Assembly (NCBI GenBank): GCA_944393125.1
Contig: CALXZB010000002.1
Location: forward strand, 2,412 to 66,411
DNA from: an uncultured Clostridia bacterium
Lineage (GTDB): Bacteria; Bacillota; Clostridia; TANB77; CAG-508
DNA: 64,000 nucleotides
Direction of reading: 5' to 3'
Part shown: positions 47,955-57,037 of the stretch, in pieces
How the letters are laid out: each line of letters opens with the position of its first letter
Numbering within the stretch: the first letter of the stretch is position 1
The notes under the pieces: model-generated
What the model saw: only the letters and a program-made list of their open reading frames with translations
What the model was told of the DNA's origin: nothing
Database searches by the model: none
Program-made: the position numbers and the translations under genes

Positions 47955-49706
47955 TCAATAGTTTTTGGCTACTTTCGAAAGAAAAAAAGTGCCGTTTAGA
48001 CACTTTTTATTTAACGGAAGCCTCCGGCCTCCTCCTCCACCTCCGAAGGAGCCACCTCCACCTCCTCCAGAAGAGAAACCTCCACCTCCTGAAGAATAAC
48101 TTTGAGCTCTTGCTCTTGCATTGTTGGCACTATATATTCCTCTTGTTGCACATGCATTTATAAATATTATATTATCATAAGAATAAAAATTTGATTGTTC
48201 AATTACTTCTGGATATAAATCTTTAAACTCTTTTGCTACTTCTTTTGCTATTCCTAATATTTGTGCACATATTAAATAGTCTTCAAATAAGTGTACTTCA
48301 ATTGCTTTTCTTTCCTTAATATATGTATAGTCTAGTAAATAGCGTTTTAGTCCTGCAATTTGTTCTGCAGTCTCTTGTAATTCTTGTGTTGCAACATATT
48401 GTTTAGTTTTGAAAATTTTTAATATTTTCTTTTCTTTTTTTACAATTAAACCTTTTTCTATTAATTTATTTTTTTCAGCATTTATTATATCATCAAACCA
48501 AGGTAAAATCCTTGAATAACTTTTTTTGCACCACTTTTCAAATTCTTTGTTTTCTAATATTCCATCTTGGCTAGCTTCTAATAGCATTTTAAACAAAAGT
48601 CTTTCTTTAGAATTTTCTATTGCTTCTGGTTTTGTTTCATTTAAAACTATTCTTGTATCATCTCTCTTAAAAATTACTCCAGTTTCTTTTTGTTCTATTC
48701 TTATTAAAGATTTTTTTAACCAACTTAGTATTACTGCTCCTAATAAATCTGTTTTATTTTTGATTAATCCATATATATAAGATATATAATAAATTCTATA
48801 TATATCATTCTCACATGGAATATCTCTAAAATATGGTACATCTTTTGATATCTTTTTTACACCAACTTTTGAATTTTTATTCATTACTATTATTAATATT
48901 GAAAGTATTATTAAAATGTAAATTATTATTGAAGAAAATAATTGTAAAAATGATGTTATATATGAACTTTCATTTTTATATGTAGTAGCACCTTCTTGTG
49001 CTAATTCATAATAATAATTAAAGTCTTTTTTTAATTCATTTTGTGAATTAAATGTGTTTAAAGGAAATTTAACTAATATAGTCATATATTCATCTTTTCT
49101 TAAACTTCCATCAGATTGCATTTCTATATACCCATCATATACATATGCTGTTCCACCATAGTTTCCATATCCCCAAACCTCTATATCTTTAGGAATATAA
49201 AAGTCTGTATAAATTTTAATATATACATTTCCAATAGTATTTGAAAAATCATATGGTATTAATGTCCAATAAATCATTTGAGAATCTGTTAAGGTAGAAA
49301 CAAAATTTGTGATTTCATAACTAGCTATATAAGTATGGTTTCCATATTCACTTATTCCCCAGCATAATTCAACACCATTAGAAATTTTATTAATTCCACA
49401 TTTATATGCTTTACTCTCTAAAGTTCCTGATGTTTTCCATGAGTTTAAGCTAGTATAGTTTTTACCATTTTCACTAACACAAAAATTTATTATTTCTGAA
49501 TTTCCTAAATTATAATATGGATGATAGACTTCTGTTCCTTGGTTTGTATTGCATTTCCATGTTTCAGTTATTTTTGCATTCCCATTTTCGTCAACATATA
49601 TTTCCATAGAAATACTACTAATTGAATTAGCTTCTGCATTTTCCCCTATGCTAAATAATATTAGACAAAATATAAATAATATTGTTATTTTTAATATTTT
49701 TTTCAT
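47955..49706 (-). CDS. DUF2207-family membrane protein (signal peptide, extracellular domain, TM helices, Gly-rich C-terminal tail)
   Basis: The start is taken at MKKILKITILFIF (AAGGGG RBS). It has a mid-protein TM cluster and a C-terminal SYSSGGGGFSSGGGGGGSFGGGGGG tail characteristic of DUF2207 proteins. Confidence 0.65.
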   Translation of the reverse strand: MKKILKITILFIFCLILFSIGENAEANSISSISMEIYVDENGNAKITETWKCNTNQGTEVYHPYYNLGNSEIINFCVSENGKNYTSLNSWKTSGTLESKAYKCGINKISNGVELCWGISEYGNHTYIASYEITNFVSTLTDSQMIYWTLIPYDFSNTIGNVYIKIYTDFYIPKDIEVWGYGNYGGTAYVYDGYIEMQSDGSLRKDEYMTILVKFPLNTFNSQNELKKDFNYYYELAQEGATTYKNESSYITSFLQLFSSIIIYILIILSILIIVMNKNSKVGVKKISKDVPYFRDIPCENDIYRIYYISYIYGLIKNKTDLLGAVILSWLKKSLIRIEQKETGVIFKRDDTRIVLNETKPEAIENSKERLLFKMLLEASQDGILENKEFEKWCKKSYSRILPWFDDIINAEKNKLIEKGLIVKKEKKILKIFKTKQYVATQELQETAEQIAGLKRYLLDYTYIKERKAIEVHLFEDYLICAQILGIAKEVAKEFKDLYPEVIEQSNFYSYDNIIFINACATRGIYSANNARARAQSYSSGGGGFSSGGGGGGSFGGGGGGRRLPLNKKCLNGTFFLSKVAKNY

Positions 49707-49827
49707 AATTTTCCCCTTTTTAAGAATTATCTCATACTGTAAAAAAAATATCAATATTTTTTTTATAACCTTGACTTTTTTTTACAATATAGTAAAATAT
49801 AGTATAAGTAATTTTAAGGAGGAAAAT

Positions 49828-50388
49828 ATGGCAAGTTTACCATTAATTGTAAAGTATTTATTAGTTTTTTTTGTATCTATGGTTCCAATAATAGAATTAA
49901 GAGGTGCTATTCCTATTGCTGAAACTCTTAAATTGGATATATTTTTATATTATCCTATAGCTATTATAGGAAACATGCTTCCAGTTCCAGTTATTTATTT
50001 GTTCGCACGAAAAGTTCTTGAATGGGGAAAAGATAAAAAATTAATTGGTTCATTTTTTACATGGTGTTTAGAAAAAGGCCAAAAAGGTGGGGAAAAGTTA
50101 AAAGAAACTGCTGGAAATCAAGGCATATTTTTTGCTTTATTAATATTTGTTGGCATTCCTTTACCTGGTACTGGTGCTTGGACAGGAACTCTAGCTGCAA
50201 GTTTTTTAAATCTTGATTTTAAAACCAGTATAACTGCGGTAACTCTTGGTGTTTTGCTAGCTGGAATTATAATGTCTTTAGGAAGTAAAATTGTATCTTT
50301 TTTAGGATGGTTCGGGTTATTTGCAATTATTGCTGTAATTTTAATTATTTTAGTAATTTCAGTCATTTTAAAAAAGAGAAAAAAATAA
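49828..50388 (+). CDS. Small integral membrane protein (COG2426 / putative small multidrug-export-type family)
   Basis: The start is at MASLPLIVKYLL (AGGAGG RBS). It has 4-5 TM helices and a GIPLPGTGAWTG motif. The upstream part of the ORF-track frame overlaps the DUF2207 gene and is rejected. Confidence 0.55.
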   Translation: MASLPLIVKYLLVFFVSMVPIIELRGAIPIAETLKLDIFLYYPIAIIGNMLPVPVIYLFARKVLEWGKDKKLIGSFFTWCLEKGQKGGEKLKETAGNQGIFFALLIFVGIPLPGTGAWTGTLAASFLNLDFKTSITAVTLGVLLAGIIMSLGSKIVSFLGWFGLFAIIAVILIILVISVILKKRKK

Positions 50389-50477
50389 TAATTTAATTAA
50401 TTATATTATGCACCTATATTTGGGTGCATATTTATTTCTTTTTATGTTATAAAATTATTGCATAAGGAGGAAATTTA

Positions 50478-50678
50478 ATGGATAAGTTAAAAATACCAGA
50501 AAATCATAGTGGAATAAGTAAAACTTTACGATTACCTGAAAATATCGTAGAAGATGTTCAAAACTTAGCAAACTTAAAAAATCTTTCTTTTAATAGAACT
50601 ATTATTTCTTTGCTAGAGTTCAGTTTAGAAAATCTTGATGATAATGATAAAATAGCTTTAAATAATAAAAGAATTTAA
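50478..50678 (+). CDS. Small ribbon-helix-helix-like protein (66 aa)
   Basis: AAGGAGG lies upstream. The segment KTLRLPENIVEDVQNLANLKNLSFNRTIISLLEFSL fits a beta-strand, helix, helix RHH (CopG/Arc) layout. Confidence 0.45.
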   Translation: MDKLKIPENHSGISKTLRLPENIVEDVQNLANLKNLSFNRTIISLLEFSLENLDDNDKIALNNKRI

Positions 50679-50701
50679 TATGTATTAAATTCCCTGTTTT
50701 C

Positions 50702-50745
50702 AAAAAAACTAAGACTCTCAATTTGAGAAAATCTTAGTTTTTATT
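50702..50745. terminator. Bidirectional hairpin terminator shared by the convergent genes 50478..50678 and 50746..51015
   Basis: An A7 run, then ctaaga-ctctcaatttgagaaaa-tcttag, then a T-rich run. Confidence 0.55.
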
Positions 50746-51015
50746 TTATATACTAATTTCTATTTCTGTATCATTATCTAAAAATAAAATAATTTTGTTT
50801 TCACTGATTTCAATTTGATATACTTGATTTAAATTTAATGCAAAATATTCATCTTTAATTTTATCTTTTATATTTAATATATCATTTTGTATTTTATATA
50901 TTAGCTTATCAATAAAAAATTGACTTATTATAAATCCTTTTTGTTTTATTCTTACTGGTCTTTTTCCTAATTTATTTAAACATTTTTCTATTTTTACAAT
51001 CATTTCATTGTTCAT
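50746..51015 (-). CDS. Hypothetical 89-aa protein
   Basis: The ORF has AGGGAAAAAA upstream. No family was recognised. Confidence 0.4.
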   Translation of the reverse strand: MNNEMIVKIEKCLNKLGKRPVRIKQKGFIISQFFIDKLIYKIQNDILNIKDKIKDEYFALNLNQVYQIEISENKIILFLDNDTEIEISI

Positions 51016-51216
51016 TTTTTTCCCTCTTTCTTATTTATATTTTATCTTTTTTAAAGATTTTTATACCTTTCACCTCATCTCTTTGCGCACAGTAAAAACT
51101 TACAAATTTGATTCGTGCTTATTTTTACTTGATTGTAAATTTGTATAGAAAAAAACTCATGGTATTTTTTACCATGAGTTAATCTTAGCATTTTTTATTT
51201 TCTTTTTCAATACTTT

Positions 51217-52356
51217 TTACTTATATTTCTTTTGAATTTTGTAATCTAAAAAATCATTTACAATTATTTTTAAAACAGCAATTACTGGCACTGCTAAGAA
51301 CATTCCTAATACTCCAAAATATGCTCCGCCAACTGTTACTGCAAATATAACAAGAATTGGACTAATTTCTAATGAATTTCCAATTATTTTTGGATTTATT
51401 ATATTAGCATCTATTTGTTGCAATATTATTACTATAATTGCCATTATTATAGCTTGAGATAATCCTCCTGTAATTATAGTAATTAATATACTTATTCCTA
51501 CTGCAATGATAGCTCCAAAATATGGTATTATATTAAATAAACCAATTATAAATCCTAATAATACAGAATATTTTACTCCAATTATACTCATAGCTATTGT
51601 TACTAATATTCCTACTACAACAGCATCAATTAATTGACCACTTATAAATCTGAAAAATACTGTATTTGTGCTATTAACATATTTGCTAATTTTTTTACAT
51701 GTTTTTCCATCAAACATTGCTAATCCCAATTTTTTCCCGAAATTCACTATAGAACTTCTTTGTAATAGAATGTATACTGAAACAACTATTGTTACAAATA
51801 CATCAAATATTCCACTTGCTACTCCTAATACACTTTTTACATATAAAGTAATTCTATCTGGATTAATATATTCTTTTAAATCTATATTTTGAATTGCATT
51901 TCCTATATTTTTAACAATATCATCTACTGCTTTACTTTTTAAAATAGAATCTTCAGGTAATGCATTTAATCTATTTATAGCAGAATTCCAGTATCCTTGG
52001 AAATTATTTACTAATTCTACAATACTATCTGTAACAACTGGTAATATTACTTTTATAACTATCATTATTACTAATATCGCTAATATATATGTAATTAATA
52101 CACTTATTCCTCTTGCTTTCTTTTTCCAAAGCTTACTCTTTTTCTTTAAAAATATTTTTTCTATCCTTGATGCTGGTATATATAGTAAATATGCCAATAA
52201 TGCTCCTACAAAAAACGGTGTTATAACATTAAAAAAATTTCCTATTGCTCCTCCAATTGCACCAAAGTTATCTAACACTTTGTAAATAATAATAAGTGAT
52301 AGTCCTAATAAAAACCAGTACATCCATTTCGATAGATTTCTTTTTATTTCTCTCAT
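51217..52356 (-). CDS. AI-2E family transporter (UPF0118/PerM-like)
   Basis: The 379-aa ORF is a polytopic membrane protein with the characteristic family layout. Confidence 0.75.
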   Translation of the reverse strand: MREIKRNLSKWMYWFLLGLSLIIIYKVLDNFGAIGGAIGNFFNVITPFFVGALLAYLLYIPASRIEKIFLKKKSKLWKKKARGISVLITYILAILVIMIVIKVILPVVTDSIVELVNNFQGYWNSAINRLNALPEDSILKSKAVDDIVKNIGNAIQNIDLKEYINPDRITLYVKSVLGVASGIFDVFVTIVVSVYILLQRSSIVNFGKKLGLAMFDGKTCKKISKYVNSTNTVFFRFISGQLIDAVVVGILVTIAMSIIGVKYSVLLGFIIGLFNIIPYFGAIIAVGISILITIITGGLSQAIIMAIIVIILQQIDANIINPKIIGNSLEISPILVIFAVTVGGAYFGVLGMFLAVPVIAVLKIIVNDFLDYKIQKKYK

Positions 52357-52390
52357 ATTTAAAACTTCCTTTCAATTCAAGATTTTATTT

Positions 52391-53146
52391 TTAAATTTCT
52401 ATTTCTAGTCCAACTGGGCAATGGTCACTCCCTAATACTTCAGGATAGATTATTGCAGATTTTATATTTTTTTCAATATCTTTTGATGTTATAAAATAGT
52501 CTATTCTCCATCCAATATTTTTTTCTCTAGCTCTACCCATATAAGACCACCAAGTATATGAATCTGTTTTTTCTGGATATAAATATCTAAAACTGTCTGT
52601 AAAACCTGCTTGTAAAAGTTCCGTCATTTTTGTTCTTTCTTCATCCGTAAATCCTGCATTTCCTCTATTTGATTTTGGATTTTTTAAGTCTATTTCTTCA
52701 TGTGCTACATTCAAATCTCCACACATTATTACAGGTTTATTTTTATTTAAACTTAATAAATATTTACGTATTTCATCTTCCCATATCATTCTATATTCAA
52801 GTCTTTCTAATTCTCTTTTTGCATTTGGTGTATATATTGTTACGATATAGAATTTTTCAAATTCTAATGTTATTACTCTTCCTTCTTTATCATGTTCTTC
52901 TATTCCAATTCCATATGTTACTTTTAACGGTTCTTTTTTACTAAAAATTGCTGTTCCAGAATATCCCTTTTTTTCTGCACTATTCCAATAACTTTTATAA
53001 CCTTCGAATTCTAAATCTATTTGATCTTTTTGACACTTAGTTTCTTGTATACAAAATATATCTGCATTTATATCTTTAAAAAAGTCTGAAAAGCCTTTTG
53101 TTATACATGCTCTTATTCCGTTTACATTCCATGAAATTAGTTTCAT
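52391..53146 (-). CDS. xth: Exodeoxyribonuclease III (AP endonuclease family 1)
   Basis: It starts MKLISWNVNGIRA and ends in SDHCPV, with conserved ExoIII/APE1 blocks. Confidence 0.85.
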   Translation of the reverse strand: MKLISWNVNGIRACITKGFSDFFKDINADIFCIQETKCQKDQIDLEFEGYKSYWNSAEKKGYSGTAIFSKKEPLKVTYGIGIEEHDKEGRVITLEFEKFYIVTIYTPNAKRELERLEYRMIWEDEIRKYLLSLNKNKPVIMCGDLNVAHEEIDLKNPKSNRGNAGFTDEERTKMTELLQAGFTDSFRYLYPEKTDSYTWWSYMGRAREKNIGWRIDYFITSKDIEKNIKSAIIYPEVLGSDHCPVGLEIEI

Positions 53147-53295
53147 ACTTTTGTTTTTCTCCTTTTGCTTATATTTTGTTTTTATTATAACATATTTGTT
53201 TTGTTTTTCAAATAGCTTCTACATAATTAATTTTAATTATTCAACCAAAAAAAGAAACTAGGCAATATACGTTTCCTAATTTCTTTTTTGTTTTA

Positions 53296-54171
53296 TTATT
53301 GAAGTTGTTTCATAACTTCTTCTGCAAAGTTTTCTTCTTTCTTTTCGATTCCTTCACCTTTTTCAAATCTTGCAAATTCTACTACTTTAGCATCTTTTAA
53401 AATTTGAGATACTTTCATGCTTGGATCTTTTACAAATTCTTGATCTACTAAGCAAATTTCTTCATAGAATTTATTTATTCTTCCCATAACAATTTTTTCT
53501 GCAATTGCTTCTGGTTTTCCTTCATTCATTGTTTGTGCTTTTAATATTTCTTTTTCTTTTTCAAGTCTTTCTGCTGGAACTGCATCTCTATCTATAAATT
53601 CAGGTCTAGCAGCAGCTATTTGCATACAAACATCTTTTGCTAATTCTTTGTTTGCATTTTTCATATTTACTAACACTGCAATTTTTCCATCTCCATGAAT
53701 ATATTTTTCAACTAATCCATCTGTTGTTTCAAATCTAGCAAATCTTCTTATTGTCATGTTTTCTCCAATTGTTGCTATTTTATCTACTAATACTTCATTT
53801 ACTGTTTTTCCTTCAACAGCTATTGAAGGTTCTGCTAGTAATGCTTCAACTGTTGCTGGATTATTTTTTACTACTTGTTTTGCAACATCCATTACAAATG
53901 TTTTAAATTCTTCATTTTTTGCAACAAAGTCTGTTTCTGCATTAACTTCAACAATAGCTCCTACTTTTCCATCTTCTGAAATAAATGCTTCTACTAATCC
54001 TTCTGCTGCAACTCTTCCAGATTTTTTTGCAGCTTTTGCTATTCCTCTTTCACGTAAAAGTTCTGCAGCTTTTTCTAAGTCTCCATCTGTTTCTGTTAAA
54101 ACTTTTTTGCAGTCCATCATTCCTGCTCCTGTTTTTTCTCTTAGTTCTTTAACTAATGATGCTGTAACCAT
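53296..54171 (-). CDS. tsf: Elongation factor Ts
   Basis: It has LVKELREKTGAGMMDCKKVL and ENFAEEVMKQ. It is collinear with B. subtilis EF-Ts and sits downstream of rpsB. Confidence 0.9.
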   Translation of the reverse strand: MVTASLVKELREKTGAGMMDCKKVLTETDGDLEKAAELLRERGIAKAAKKSGRVAAEGLVEAFISEDGKVGAIVEVNAETDFVAKNEEFKTFVMDVAKQVVKNNPATVEALLAEPSIAVEGKTVNEVLVDKIATIGENMTIRRFARFETTDGLVEKYIHGDGKIAVLVNMKNANKELAKDVCMQIAAARPEFIDRDAVPAERLEKEKEILKAQTMNEGKPEAIAEKIVMGRINKFYEEICLVDQEFVKDPSMKVSQILKDAKVVEFARFEKGEGIEKKEENFAEEVMKQLQ

Positions 54172-54238
54172 TTTTTATTCCTCCTTTATAAAATAAGAGT
54201 AGAGCAGTTAGAGCCCCACTCTTTTATTTAAAACTTTT

Positions 54239-55018
54239 TTATTCTTCTACTTTTTCGTCTGCTTCTGCAACTACTTGTTCCATTGATTCTGTTTCTTCTG
54301 TTACATCTTGTTCTTCTGTAGTTGTTTCAAAGCTTTCACCTTGTTTTCCTTCAATAACTGCATTAGCCATAACATCTGCTATTAGTTTAACAGCTCTTAT
54401 TGCATCATCATTTCCTGGAATTGGATAGTCTAAATCTTCTGGATTACAGTTTGTATCTACAATTCCTACTACTGGAATTCCTAATTTTTTAGCTTCTAAT
54501 ATAGCTATTCTTTCTTTTTTAGGATCTACTATGAATAATACTCCTGGTAATTTATTCATTTCTTTAATTCCACCAAGGTTCTTTTCTAGTTTTTCCATTT
54601 CTTTTTTTAGTAATATTACTTCTTTTTTTGGTAATACATCAAATGTACCATCTTGTTCCATTGTTTCTAAGTCTTTTAATCTTTGAATTCTTTTTTGAAT
54701 TGTATCAAAGTTTGTTAGCATTCCTCCTAACCATCTTTGATCTACATAGTACATTCCGCTCTTTATTGCTGCATCTTTCATGCATTCTTGAGCTTGTTTT
54801 TTTGTTCCGACAAATAGAACTGATTCTCCATTTTCTACTTGTTCTTTGATGAATTCATATGCTTCATCAATTTTCTTTGAAGCTTTTTGTAAGTCTATGA
54901 TGTGAATTCCGTTTCTAGCTTGGAATATGTATTCTGCCATTCTTGGATCCCATCTTCTTGTTTGATGTCCGAAATGAACACCTGCTTCTAGTAATTGTTT
55001 CATTGCAACTACTGCCAT
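54239..55018 (-). CDS. rpsB: 30S ribosomal protein S2
   Basis: The start is at [25 protein letters not shown] (GAGGAGG RBS). The ORF-track N-extension is rejected. Confidence 0.9.
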   Translation of the reverse strand: MAVVAMKQLLEAGVHFGHQTRRWDPRMAEYIFQARNGIHIIDLQKASKKIDEAYEFIKEQVENGESVLFVGTKKQAQECMKDAAIKSGMYYVDQRWLGGMLTNFDTIQKRIQRLKDLETMEQDGTFDVLPKKEVILLKKEMEKLEKNLGGIKEMNKLPGVLFIVDPKKERIAILEAKKLGIPVVGIVDTNCNPEDLDYPIPGNDDAIRAVKLIADVMANAVIEGKQGESFETTTEEQDVTEETESMEQVVAEADEKVEE

Positions 55019-55203
55019 TTTTAATTCCTCCTCTTTGTTATTACTTCCATAAAGTTTCAACATCTATATAGACTCTATTTTTATAGAGCACTCCTATATA
55101 AACTCATCTCTATGTGTTTATTCAACGTATAGTATTATATCATATTTTTATAAAAAATCAAGTATTTTAAGTGAATTTTATTAGTTTTTTCCATTTTTAT
55201 TTA

Positions 55204-56124
55204 TTAAAGTATACAATTTTCTAATAATTTTATTTTTATTTCTTCTTTTGTATCTATTTTTGCTTTTATTCCTATTGGTATAACCGTTTTTTTCTCTATA
55301 TGTCCAAAATTTTCAGATTTTATAATAGGTCCTTTAAATGTTTCTCCAATTACATCTAATAATATTTGTTCTAGTGTTATTCCACTTTCATGTGTATAGT
55401 TTCCAATCCAAATTCCTTTTATTTGTTCAAATATTTTATTTTGTTTCATATAATAAATAAAGTTACTTGCTAAAGCAGGACCAGTTTCTAAACCTAATTC
55501 TTCTAAAAATAAAATTTTATTTTTAAAATTCACTTTATACTTTCCTGCTACTAAACTTCTGGTTAAACTTAAATTTCCACCTACTAATTGTCCTTCTGCA
55601 TTCCCTTCTTGTATAGTTGTAAATTCATCTTCCTTGACTCCTAATTCTAAGTTATTACTTGTAAATCTTTTTAATGCTTCTTTTAAGCTATAATCTGTTT
55701 CATCTGTAGCAATTGTTTTAAAATTTGTTCCACTAAAAGTTATTAGTCCTGTTTTTTCTGTAATAATATTAGTTATTGAAGTAATGTCACTATAACCACA
55801 AATTATTTTAGGATTTTTTTGGATTTTTTCATAATCTAAATATTCAAATATTGAATTACTATTTTCTCCACCTTTTGCACACCATATCATTTTTATTTGT
55901 GCATCTCCAAACATTGTGTTAATGTCTTCTGCTTTTTCCTTTGCTGTTGCACTATAACCATTAGTATTTGAAAATAAATTTTTTGAAAATTTGACTTTAT
56001 AACCAATTTTTTCTATTATTTTTTTAGCTTTTTCTATTTCTTCTATATTATCACCTATTATCGGATTTGATGGTGCAACTACACCAATTGTATCTCCTTT
56101 TTTTAGTTTTTCTGGTATTAACAT
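55204..56124 (-). CDS. LD-carboxypeptidase (peptidase S66; LdcA/MccF-like)
   Basis: The 306-aa ORF has the GYSDITSI Ser-nucleophile motif. Confidence 0.75.
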   Translation of the reverse strand: MLIPEKLKKGDTIGVVAPSNPIIGDNIEEIEKAKKIIEKIGYKVKFSKNLFSNTNGYSATAKEKAEDINTMFGDAQIKMIWCAKGGENSNSIFEYLDYEKIQKNPKIICGYSDITSITNIITEKTGLITFSGTNFKTIATDETDYSLKEALKRFTSNNLELGVKEDEFTTIQEGNAEGQLVGGNLSLTRSLVAGKYKVNFKNKILFLEELGLETGPALASNFIYYMKQNKIFEQIKGIWIGNYTHESGITLEQILLDVIGETFKGPIIKSENFGHIEKKTVIPIGIKAKIDTKEEIKIKLLENCIL

Positions 56125-56972
56125 TTGATACCTCCATTACTGTTTTTTAATTCAATTATTGCTGTTCCTAGTCCATAATTTTCTTTTTCTACTCTGAAAG
56201 AATGTATTAAATCTGAGTTACATACACTACAAATTCCACAATCTATTATATTTTCTTTTTTTAGTCCTGCCTGTATTAAAATTATTTTATTTATTTCAAC
56301 TGTATCTATTTTCCATTTGTTTTCATTTGGAACAACTGTTATAAGTTCTTCTATTTTATTTAATTTTTTAAATTCTTTGCTATATAGTTCTTGTACATCA
56401 GCATGTACCTCAAAATGGCATTTTCTTATACTAGGGCAAATACAACAAATAATATCTGCTGGGTTGCAGTTGTAATCTTTTTTCATTTTTTCTACTGCTT
56501 GTACCGAAATTCTTTGTAATGTTCCTCTCCATCCAGAATGTACATTACCTATTACTTTTTTTATTGGGTCAAAAAGTAATAAAAGTATACAATCTGCATT
56601 AGTTGTAGCTAATGCTATATTTTCTTTGTTTGTTATTAAACCATCTGTTGATTTATATTCTTCTTGTTGAAAATTTACTTTATCTGAATTATTTTTTTTG
56701 ATTACTTCTTTTATATTATTAGTATGCTCTTGGCATGGTTTTATAATGTCCTTGTAATTTATTCCTATTGCTGTACATAAATCTTCATAATCTTTTATTG
56801 CTTTATTATATACTTCACTACCATTAGATTTTGTAGTTCTATAATTTTTATTTATTCCTATTCCATATGCATGATTTATTATATCACCATATTCTAATAA
56901 TTTTCTAAATTGTATATATTCTGTTTCTCCTTTTTTTACATGTATTATATTTTCATTTGATAAGTTTTTCAT
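56118..56972 (-). CDS. pgeF: Peptidoglycan editing factor / purine nucleoside phosphorylase YfiH (DUF152, laccase-domain family)
   Basis: It has the His/Cys/His motifs of the family (…TTNADCILLLLFD… VHSGWRG…). Confidence 0.75.
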   Translation of the reverse strand: MKNLSNENIIHVKKGETEYIQFRKLLEYGDIINHAYGIGINKNYRTTKSNGSEVYNKAIKDYEDLCTAIGINYKDIIKPCQEHTNNIKEVIKKNNSDKVNFQQEEYKSTDGLITNKENIALATTNADCILLLLFDPIKKVIGNVHSGWRGTLQRISVQAVEKMKKDYNCNPADIICCICPSIRKCHFEVHADVQELYSKEFKKLNKIEELITVVPNENKWKIDTVEINKIILIQAGLKKENIIDCGICSVCNSDLIHSFRVEKENYGLGTAIIELKNSNGGIKC

Positions 56973-57037
56973 TATTTCCCTCTCTTTTTTCTTAATTGGT
57001 AGTAGTATTCCTCATATAGCTGTAAATATCCATAAGA

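Noticed and set aside
49549-49827. N-terminal 93 codons of track ORF 49549..50388
   Set aside because: This stretch overlaps the 5' end of the convergent DUF2207 gene. The real start is the ATG at 49828 preceded by AGGAGG.
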